Shown here: positions 57,441 through 64,000 of the stretch, piece after piece
Position numbering within the stretch: the first letter of the stretch is position 1
How the letters are laid out: each line of letters starts with the position of its first letter
Virus record (IMG/VR): IMGVR_UViG_3300025437_000011
Span: 32,001 to 96,000 of that record
Reading direction: 5' to 3' (one strand)
DNA from: a virus
Length of the DNA: 64,000 bases
Made by a program: the position numbers and the translations under genes
Notes under the pieces: model-generated
What the model was told of the DNA's origin: nothing
The model's input: the letters and a program-made list of their open reading frames with translations, nothing else
Database searches by the model: none

Positions 57441-57959
57441 ATGACAACAGCAACAAACCAAAAGACACTTCAACTATCATGGTTAGAGCCCGGTGACCGC
57501 TTTGAAATCCCTTCTATTTCTGATACTATGCGTAATTTAAGAGTAATTTCTACCAACGAGTCCTCTACTAGTGTAGAGGGCGAGCGCAGAAATGGTATTA
57601 ATGACCCTTGGGTTGCTTTTAGATTCCCAATCGCTAATACTGTACGAGTTGTTCTCGTAGAAAAAAATGCCCCAAAAATTACTGATTTTAAGAAGAAAGA
57701 TATGAACACAGAGGAGCAAAATACAGAGATAACGCCCCCACGACGCAGGGGAAGGCCAGCAAAGCAGTCCAAGCCACTTAATGAGCTTGGCGGCACAAAG
57801 GGAGACTTTACAGTGAAGGATCTCGTTGAGAAGAACGGAATGAAGGAGTACGACGCGCATAATTTAGTCAGAAGCGCCATTAAACAGGGCACAGCCACTG
57901 TTGTTAGAGAGGAGTCGGGCGGCAGGGGTAAACCAAGGAAAGTTTACCGCCTAGTGTAA
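57441..57959 (+). CDS. DNA-binding protein with AT-hook and winged-helix-like C-terminus
   Basis: RRRGRPAK; FTVKDL...GGRGKPRKVYRL. Confidence 0.6.
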   Translation: MTTATNQKTLQLSWLEPGDRFEIPSISDTMRNLRVISTNESSTSVEGERRNGINDPWVAFRFPIANTVRVVLVEKNAPKITDFKKKDMNTEEQNTEITPPRRRGRPAKQSKPLNELGGTKGDFTVKDLVEKNGMKEYDAHNLVRSAIKQGTATVVREESGGRGKPRKVYRLV

Positions 57960-57970
57960 TTAGATTAACT

Positions 57971-58041
57971 TACCCTTTGGTGTAATGGTAGCACAACAGA
58001 CTTTGACTCTGTTTGTCATGGTTCGAGTCCATGAGGGGTAG
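57971..58041 (+). tRNA. tRNA-Gln(TTG)
   Basis: Acceptor TACCCTT/AGGGGTA; anticodon arm ACAGA-CTTTGAC-TCTGT; T arm CATGG-TTCGAGT-CCATG; CCA not encoded. Confidence 0.93.
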
Positions 58042-58453
58042 TTTTTTTCAATAATTCTTTAATTTCTTCTATTTGTTTTAGAATCTCAGCCCTTTCTTCT
58101 TTTGCTTTTACAATATAATCTAGGGCAGTTTTATCTATACGAATATCTTCCACTAATTTTTTAAGAATAATATTTGCCTCTTCATCTAGAGCAAGATCGT
58201 GAAGTAAATGACTTCGGTCTTTTTCTGCCTGTCTGGTAGATGACATTAAAATTAGGGGGGTAGCATATGCCGCCTCAAAAGATAAAAATAAATTTAAAAG
58301 AATAAATGGATATGGATCAAAATGTACTAGTCCCAAAAGATTAGCTATAATCCAGAGAGTGAGTATACTAGACTGGATAACAATAAAAGTCCAACTACCA
58401 ATAAATTCAGCAATTTTGTCCGCCAATTTAATACTTAATTCTTTTAGTTTCAT
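58016..58453 (-). CDS. DUF1003 family membrane protein
   Basis: FIGSWTFI, FDPYPFILLNLFLSFEAAYATPLILMS..RQAEKDR. Confidence 0.85.
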   Translation of the reverse strand: MKLKELSIKLADKIAEFIGSWTFIVIQSSILTLWIIANLLGLVHFDPYPFILLNLFLSFEAAYATPLILMSSTRQAEKDRSHLLHDLALDEEANIILKKLVEDIRIDKTALDYIVKAKEERAEILKQIEEIKELLKKTTPHGLEP

Positions 58454-58454
58454 A

Positions 58455-58483
58455 TTGACTATTTGTTAAATCTATTTTACACT
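58455..58483 (+). promoter_or_regulatory. sigma70-like promoter whose -10 overlaps a minus-strand GTGTAA motif
   Basis: TTGACT-17-TACACT, 7 nt before ATG 58491; TTACAC at 58477-58482. Confidence 0.7.
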
Positions 58484-58490
58484 TCTCTAA

Positions 58491-59186
58491 ATGAAAGTTA
58501 ATTACAAACTTAAGGAGATACATCCCCGAATCTTTTTGGTTACGATAAAGGATACCTATGATCTTGCGATGACATTTTGCCGTTTACAGGAATATTATGA
58601 GTCGCCTTTTAAGCAGATTAGAAATAAAACATTCACAATGACCGAGTTCCAAAGATTGTATGCAAAGGAATTTGGTGATGGAATTTTTAGTTACCCTGCC
58701 GATTGGGCGGGATTTAACGTGCCGGGCGCCGTTTTTGATGATTTCATGAGTATAAATTTTGATGACTGGGGTAATGAGTATGATTTTACTATAGCAGATA
58801 TACATTGGACAGTAACCAAGGAAGAGGAAGAATTCAATGACGAAAATCCCTATTATATTATAGCGGCCGGGCCTGATGATCGGGAAACTATCAATCATGA
58901 AATTTGCCATGCCCTATACTATTTAGACCAACAATACAAAGAAAAGGTTGACCTTATAATTTCTGAATTAAATGTTTCACTATTCTCACATTTCAAAACC
59001 GGACTATTAAATAAAGGTTACTCAAAAGGTGTTATTGTTGATGAAATTAATGCTTATATCTGCTTTGACTCTAGTACTATTTTCGGTGGTCTATATAAAA
59101 TGAATAAAAAAGAAAAGAAAAATTTTAACGAGATCCAAACAAAGCTAAAGGTTCTTTTTGAAACAACCCTTTCAGCTAGAAAATAA
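58491..59186 (+). CDS. HEXXH-motif hypothetical protein
   Basis: QEYYESP, WAGFN, HEICHALY, DEINAY. Confidence 0.6.
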   Translation: MKVNYKLKEIHPRIFLVTIKDTYDLAMTFCRLQEYYESPFKQIRNKTFTMTEFQRLYAKEFGDGIFSYPADWAGFNVPGAVFDDFMSINFDDWGNEYDFTIADIHWTVTKEEEEFNDENPYYIIAAGPDDRETINHEICHALYYLDQQYKEKVDLIISELNVSLFSHFKTGLLNKGYSKGVIVDEINAYICFDSSTIFGGLYKMNKKEKKNFNEIQTKLKVLFETTLSARK

Positions 59187-59222
59187 GCGGTTCCGCGACC
59201 AATTTATGGTGTAAATTCCCGT

Positions 59223-59432
59223 ATGGATGCACCCAAAATTGACCACAATATTGAAAGATGGGTTGCCTTTTGCCAAAATGAAGAGGCCGCAGAAAAAGAA
59301 CTACAAGATAAACTTCTTATTGTTGCACAAAAGAAGCTAATTGTCAGTGCAAAAAAACAGTTAGTCGATTCTAAATCGCATCCACATAATTTGTATATTT
59401 ATAAGTTTACTATTTTTACTGCGCCAAAATAA
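59223..59432 (+). CDS. Hypothetical protein
   Basis: 69 aa; GTGTAA 8 nt upstream. Confidence 0.55.
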   Translation: MDAPKIDHNIERWVAFCQNEEAAEKELQDKLLIVAQKKLIVSAKKQLVDSKSHPHNLYIYKFTIFTAPK

Positions 59433-59474
59433 AGTTTGACTTATGGGTAAGTTTAGGTTATTATCCTAATTAGT

Positions 59475-59555
59475 GCACGAGTAGCATAGCGGCGATTGCA
59501 CCACATTTACACTGTGGTATTTCCATCGGGGGTTCGAGTCCCTCCTCGTGTACCA
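59475..59555 (+). tRNA. tRNA-Val(TAC)
   Basis: Acceptor GCACGAG/CTCGTGT; anticodon arm CCACA-TTTACAC-TGTGG; T arm GGGGG-TTCGAGT-CCCTC; ACCA end; TTGACT-17-TATTAT promoter at 59436-59464. Confidence 0.88.
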
Positions 59556-59575
59556 ATTTTAGTGTAATTAATCCT

Positions 59576-60004
59576 ATGCCAATTATAACAGTAGATTTTG
59601 ATCATACTCTCGCCTATGAAGATACAACTATGCAGGGTGGTTGGATATATATTGGTAGTGGCATTCTTATGCCAATAGAAAAAGTTTGTAATTTAGTTAG
59701 ACAAAAAGCAAGAGAGGGCTATCAAGTTGACATTGTAACATTCAGAAAAGATGAACATATTAAAGAAGTTCGTGAGTTTATAAGATCAAATAATCTCCCA
59801 ATTACAAATGTTTACAATACAGATGGTGAATCTAAAACACCAATTCTCAAACGTTTAAATTCTCAACTGCACATTGATGATGTACTTTCAGTTGTGATTT
59901 CTGCGGAAAAAGCTGGCATTCCCTGTCTTCTTGTTAATGGTAATGGCGAATATAATAATAATTCTACCGCCGACTTGTTTAATAAATTGGATGTCAATTA
60001 TTGA
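59576..60004 (+). CDS. HAD-superfamily hydrolase
   Basis: VDFDHTL, IVTFR, K, HIDD. Confidence 0.8.
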   Translation: MPIITVDFDHTLAYEDTTMQGGWIYIGSGILMPIEKVCNLVRQKAREGYQVDIVTFRKDEHIKEVREFIRSNNLPITNVYNTDGESKTPILKRLNSQLHIDDVLSVVISAEKAGIPCLLVNGNGEYNNNSTADLFNKLDVNY

Positions 60005-60134
60005 ATTGTTTATAATAAAAATATATTTTTAATAAAAATTTTCATATAATTCGGTGTATGGAAATAAAGTCTCAATCAACCGAATCAAATCCAACTACTC
60101 AAGGGAATAGTTAAGATATTAGTAAGTAAAATTT

Positions 60135-60995
60135 GTGACCGATAAAACAATATATTTTTATATTGATCCCAAATATGGATCTGCTTACTTAAGGGGCTGG
60201 CAAGTAAGACAAAAGCTTCGCCAGTTGGGGTATAATGCGAGAATCATCACTCGTCCAAACCCAAACATTAGGGACTCCATAATTTTTTGTGTTAAAACTC
60301 GTATATTAAATACTCAAATTTTTGATACCAGCAACTTTATTATTTGGGATTCGGTAGATTTTATTGACAGAGAAAAAAGACTGAGTGATTTTACACGTTT
60401 AGCAGATGTTGCTGATATAGTTGTTTATCATAATACAGTTCTTCCTCATTATTTTAAATCAGAGCATAACATTGAAAAGGAATATAGAATAATTCCGCAC
60501 CATTGGGATGCCAGAATTCAAAATACTAAACCTCACGAAGATAAATTTTCGATTGGATACATAGGAAATGATATATCTAGCATCCATTTGAATTTAATTC
60601 AAAATAAATATTTTATCATTGGTAAAAATTTCCTAGGTAAGCACTTCGTAGATGAACTTAATAAATATAGTTGTCATTTTGATATAAAAGATCCAGATCA
60701 TTTTAAATTTAAAACTTGTTCGGCAATGAAACTCTCAACAGCCGCCGCTGTTAATAAATGCATTATTTTAAATAAAACATGGTCAAATCTAGACCTATTA
60801 CCAGAAAATTCTATACTTTTTACCGAAGACAGTAGCGAAGAGGCGGCTAGAAGTAAAATAGAAGAAATAGCTTCTATTTATCAAACACCTGAATGGGATC
60901 ATATCCTGATCGACTTACAGAAGATTAAAGAAAAAACTTCCTTGGATAATATCATTAAATTATACGAAAATATTATTATTGAAAATGCAAACTAA
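60135..60995 (+). CDS. Glycosyltransferase-like protein (GT-B)
   Basis: GSAYLRG, WDSVD, IPHHWD, IGYIG, MKLSTAAA. Confidence 0.55.
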   Translation: MTDKTIYFYIDPKYGSAYLRGWQVRQKLRQLGYNARIITRPNPNIRDSIIFCVKTRILNTQIFDTSNFIIWDSVDFIDREKRLSDFTRLADVADIVVYHNTVLPHYFKSEHNIEKEYRIIPHHWDARIQNTKPHEDKFSIGYIGNDISSIHLNLIQNKYFIIGKNFLGKHFVDELNKYSCHFDIKDPDHFKFKTCSAMKLSTAAAVNKCIILNKTWSNLDLLPENSILFTEDSSEEAARSKIEEIASIYQTPEWDHILIDLQKIKEKTSLDNIIKLYENIIIENAN

Positions 60996-61650
60996 AGTAA
61001 TCACATCAATAGTCGGAGACGGACGGGACTGGTTACATACCCCAATGCCGGAAGATAATGTAGAGTTTGTAGCATACACAAATCAATTTGCGCCGCATTG
61101 GACAATAAAATCACCTTGCGATATTTTTTCGGAGCCAAAAAAGAATGCTAAAATTCATAAGATTCTTTTACATAAATATGAGGATTGCGATTACTCGATT
61201 TGGATTGATGGAAATGTAAATTTATTGCAACCTGTGAATAAAATTATTGCAGATCTTTTGGGGGATAATGACCTAGCAATTACGCAACATCCCAATAGAA
61301 ATAATTTATTTGAAGAGGCTGAACATATAAAAATAAAAAAAGTAGAATATCCGCATATTGTAGACAGGCAGTTAGAAAGATACAGAAATCAAAAAGAAGA
61401 AATTATACAAGAAAATAAACTTTATTTTGCAACTGTCTTGATAAGAAAACATTCTAAAAAAATTAATCGGTTTAATGATGCTTGGTGGGCGGAAATTTGT
61501 ACAAACTCATTTCGTGACCAAATTTCTCTTCCGTATGTTCTTCGTCAATTTTCTGACCTTAAAATTAATACGTTTAATTTAGAAACAATGAACAGATATT
61601 TTCATAGAAAAGACCATCCAAGAATTACATATGGCAACAATGAAATATAA
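60985..61650 (+). CDS. DUF616-type glycosyltransferase
   Basis: KIHKILLH, SIWIDGN, HPNRN.LFEEA, FRDQISLPYV. Confidence 0.8.
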   Translation: MQTKVITSIVGDGRDWLHTPMPEDNVEFVAYTNQFAPHWTIKSPCDIFSEPKKNAKIHKILLHKYEDCDYSIWIDGNVNLLQPVNKIIADLLGDNDLAITQHPNRNNLFEEAEHIKIKKVEYPHIVDRQLERYRNQKEEIIQENKLYFATVLIRKHSKKINRFNDAWWAEICTNSFRDQISLPYVLRQFSDLKINTFNLETMNRYFHRKDHPRITYGNNEI

Positions 61651-61699
61651 TTGTAAAAATTGGAGATGCCGATTAAATCAAGGTGTAATCAATATATTC

Positions 61700-61772
<73 letters not shown>

Positions 61773-61815
61773 GATTTTTCTTGTTATTGATAGCAATAAG
61801 TCATAGAATCTTAAA

Positions 61816-62064
61816 ATGCTGAAGCGAGATAATTGGACAAATGATGAGGTGATTAAGATCTTAGAAGGTCGAAAGATTGTTATTGGAAAGAAGGAGAGAT
61901 CAGACAAGCAACTGGCTTATTTAAAAGCTTATAATGATGGTATCGAACAAGCTATTATTCAATTCTATGACTTCAAGGCAGATCCCGAAATATCTTATAG
62001 TGCAATGGCTTACGAGACAAATAATAAGCAAATCTATGTCATCTCTGAACCAATGCCGCAATGA
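61816..62064 (+). CDS. Hypothetical protein
   Basis: 82 aa; TTGTTA-17-TAGAAT 6 nt before ATG. Confidence 0.6.
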   Translation: MLKRDNWTNDEVIKILEGRKIVIGKKERSDKQLAYLKAYNDGIEQAIIQFYDFKADPEISYSAMAYETNNKQIYVISEPMPQ

Positions 62065-62249
62065 CAAAAAGGGAATATAAGAAAAAGTTAAACGCACTAA
62101 CAAATGAGCGCGATAAACTATCAGTTCTAATTGAAAAATCTAATCAATATTTGGATAACCTTAAACAAAATTACAACATGTTGGGCGATAAAATAGAAGA
62201 ACTTAATAATAAATATGCGAAAAATTCCAGCCCTAATGAACATGATTGA
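62061..62249 (+). CDS. Small coiled-coil protein
   Basis: ATGA coupling; heptad pattern. Confidence 0.55.
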   Translation: MTKREYKKKLNALTNERDKLSVLIEKSNQYLDNLKQNYNMLGDKIEELNNKYAKNSSPNEHD

Positions 62250-62721
62250 AATAACCGATATTCCGCAATATATTCTTGTTGACGCTATTAAACGTAGTAA
62301 AAAATTAGGACGTTTGCATAATTCAATAACAAAAGGTGCAGGAAATATTGTTGGTTATATTGGGCAAGCTTTGGTGGCCCGGCACTTAAAGGCGAATGAG
62401 CCAGATACTTATGAATATGATGTAGAAAAAGATGGCGTTCGTTATGAGGTAAAAAGCAAGAGTTGTACAAGCAAGCCCCGTCCAGATTATGATTGTTCAG
62501 TTAGCAAAGCAAACACGGAACAAGAGTGTGATTATTATGTTTTTGTTCGGGTTATGCAAGATTTCTCAAAAGCATGGATTTTAGGAAAAAAGAAACCAAA
62601 AAAATATTTTAAAGAAGCTAGATTTTGTAAAAAAGGAGAGAAGGATGAGAAGAGTCATTTAGGATGGAAATTCAAAGGTGATTGTTACAATTTAGATATT
62701 GCATCCCTAGATCCATTATAA
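62242..62721 (+). CDS. PD-(D/E)XK-like nuclease (start uncertain: 62215, 62236 or 62242)
   Basis: GYIGQ, YDV...YEVKSK, CDYYVFVR. Confidence 0.55.
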   Translation: MIEITDIPQYILVDAIKRSKKLGRLHNSITKGAGNIVGYIGQALVARHLKANEPDTYEYDVEKDGVRYEVKSKSCTSKPRPDYDCSVSKANTEQECDYYVFVRVMQDFSKAWILGKKKPKKYFKEARFCKKGEKDEKSHLGWKFKGDCYNLDIASLDPL

Positions 62722-62726
62722 TTAAT

Positions 62727-62849
62727 ATGAGCGAACAAAAATCTACAGGCGCAGGAAAGGGCGATAAACCCCGCCCCACAGACAAAAAAACATGGGATAA
62801 AAATTTTGATTCGATCAAATGGCCTTCAAAAGAGAAGAAGAAGGCTTGA
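62727..62849 (+). CDS. Small basic phage protein (40 aa, absent from ORF track)
   Basis: MSEQKSTGAGKGDKPRPTDKKTWDKNFDSIKWPSKEKKKA; fills the intergenic gap. Confidence 0.65.
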   Translation: MSEQKSTGAGKGDKPRPTDKKTWDKNFDSIKWPSKEKKKA

Positions 62850-62880
62850 CTTTTTTGCCCAAAAGAATTATTTTAATGAA

Positions 62881-63441
62881 ATGCATAACGCATTTCTAAT
62901 AGCTGATCCACACTTCTCCCATGAGGGGGTTTGTAAGTTCCTTCGTGATGATGAGACAAAACTACGCCCTTGGGATAATGCCACCGACATGGATGAAGCG
63001 ATGATTGAGAACTGGAACAAGGTTGTTCGGCCAGTTGATAAAGTCTATGTTTGTGGCGACCTAGTAATGAAGGCCAAAAAGCAGATTGGTATTATGAATA
63101 GACTGAACGGTAAAAAGGTTCTAATAAAGGGCAATCATGATATCGGTGAGCTAAAGGTTTATCTTCCATATTTCTATGATATTCGAGCATTTCATATCTT
63201 AGATAACTTTGCTATTACCCATATTCCTATTCATCCAGATTGCTTGGCTAGGTTTAGAGGTAACATTCATGGACATATTCATCAGAGAAAAGTTATGATG
63301 TTGGATGGAGATGAGTTCAGAGTGCCAGATCCAAGGTACTTTTGCATCTCTGCCGAGCAGATTAATTATACTCCTATTGAGTGGAATGATCTTAGAAAAA
63401 AGTTCTATAGTCAATTGGGACTTGAGATTAACAATAATTAA
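62881..63441 (+). CDS. Calcineurin-like metallophosphoesterase
   Basis: ADPHFSH, CGD, KGNHD, THIP, HGHIH; TTGACT-17-TATTTT 6 nt before ATG. Confidence 0.9.
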   Translation: MHNAFLIADPHFSHEGVCKFLRDDETKLRPWDNATDMDEAMIENWNKVVRPVDKVYVCGDLVMKAKKQIGIMNRLNGKKVLIKGNHDIGELKVYLPYFYDIRAFHILDNFAITHIPIHPDCLARFRGNIHGHIHQRKVMMLDGDEFRVPDPRYFCISAEQINYTPIEWNDLRKKFYSQLGLEINNN

Positions 63442-63444
63442 ACT

Positions 63445-63687
63445 ATGTTGATAACAAATATTAAATTACTAATTATTTCCGTTCGGCAACTGGGGATAGT
63501 AACGGGATTGCGATATTTCCGTTGCTATCTTCGTGCATTAAAACATCCAGAGTTTACTTTGGAGTGGGCGGAATCTTGTGAAAAATATGCAAGAAAATTA
63601 GAATTCTTCAATGCTGATGATCCCGTAGCTATTGCCGCTAGAAATTGGGCACAAACCCTCAGGGAGTACGCCAAATGCAAAAATTAA
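63445..63687 (+). CDS. Hypothetical protein
   Basis: 80 aa ORF directly after the phosphoesterase gene. Confidence 0.5.
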   Translation: MLITNIKLLIISVRQLGIVTGLRYFRCYLRALKHPEFTLEWAESCEKYARKLEFFNADDPVAIAARNWAQTLREYAKCKN

Positions 63688-63688
63688 T

Positions 63689-63970
63689 TTATTTACTATG
63701 TAAAATTTCAATTAATATTTCATGCAATTTATTATTATCTTCCTTTAACTCTTTAATTTTATTTTTAAACGGTTTAAAAAAAATTTGCAGATTATCACCA
63801 TATTGCGTTATGGCTTCCATAAATCTAAACGAAACCCTATCTTTCAGATGTAGAGTTATTAATTTATTATAATCAATAAATAGCACATCGTCTTCTTCCC
63901 TGTGCATATTTAAGTTATTAACCAAATTAATTGGTTCGCTATTTTGCTGATTATAGCAATAAACATTCAT
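63689..63970 (-). CDS. Hypothetical protein
   Basis: 93 aa; ATGTAA motif 8 nt upstream (63979-63984). Confidence 0.55.
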   Translation of the reverse strand: MNVYCYNQQNSEPINLVNNLNMHREEDDVLFIDYNKLITLHLKDRVSFRFMEAITQYGDNLQIFFKPFKNKIKELKEDNNKLHEILIEILHSK

Positions 63971-64000
63971 AGCTAAAGTTACATCGCTATAACGAACATC

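Noticed and set aside
57470-57898. Two minus-strand ORFs over the AT-hook gene
   Set aside because: No promoter or motif; the plus-strand gene has both.
60058-60114. 18-codon ORF MEIKSQSTESNPTTQGNS in an intergenic gap
   Set aside because: Too short and unsupported to call.

Overview
This window is part of a large, AT-rich (roughly one-third GC by eye), tailed dsDNA bacteriophage genome read in the standard genetic code. It is densely coding, with no CRISPR array, reverse transcriptase or rRNA. Layout: (1-7.4 kb, +) Ser/Thr/Gly-rich virion proteins; (7.4-12.2 kb, -) a putative annealing protein and glycosyltransferases; (12.3-38.3 kb, +) sigma factor, mini-SSB, class I RNR, Gmd, RecA-like recombinase, a sugar-activation/glycosyltransferase cluster, dNMP kinase, DnaB, primase, dCMP deaminase, a free-standing LAGLIDADG endonuclease, a PD-(D/E)XK nuclease, ClpP and a Pol III split into PHP, DEDDh exonuclease and DnaE genes; (38.3-52.8 kb) probable head-cargo proteins, MoxR/VWA, a MazG-like NTPase, ThyX, accessory genes and a T4 beta-glucosyltransferase-like gene; (52.8-57.3 kb, -) tail fibre genes; (57.4-64 kb) three tRNAs and accessory genes. 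The strongest unexpected signals are: (i) about ten glycosyltransferase-like genes together with a strong [S/T]-G dipeptide bias in virion proteins, a candidate virion O-glycosylation system; (ii) two promoter classes (sigma70-like, and a GTGTAA motif probably read by the phage sigma), both placed so transcription would start at or next to the AUG, implying leaderless mRNAs; (iii) a candidate DNA glycosyltransferase. All family assignments come from motif recognition by eye, not database searches.
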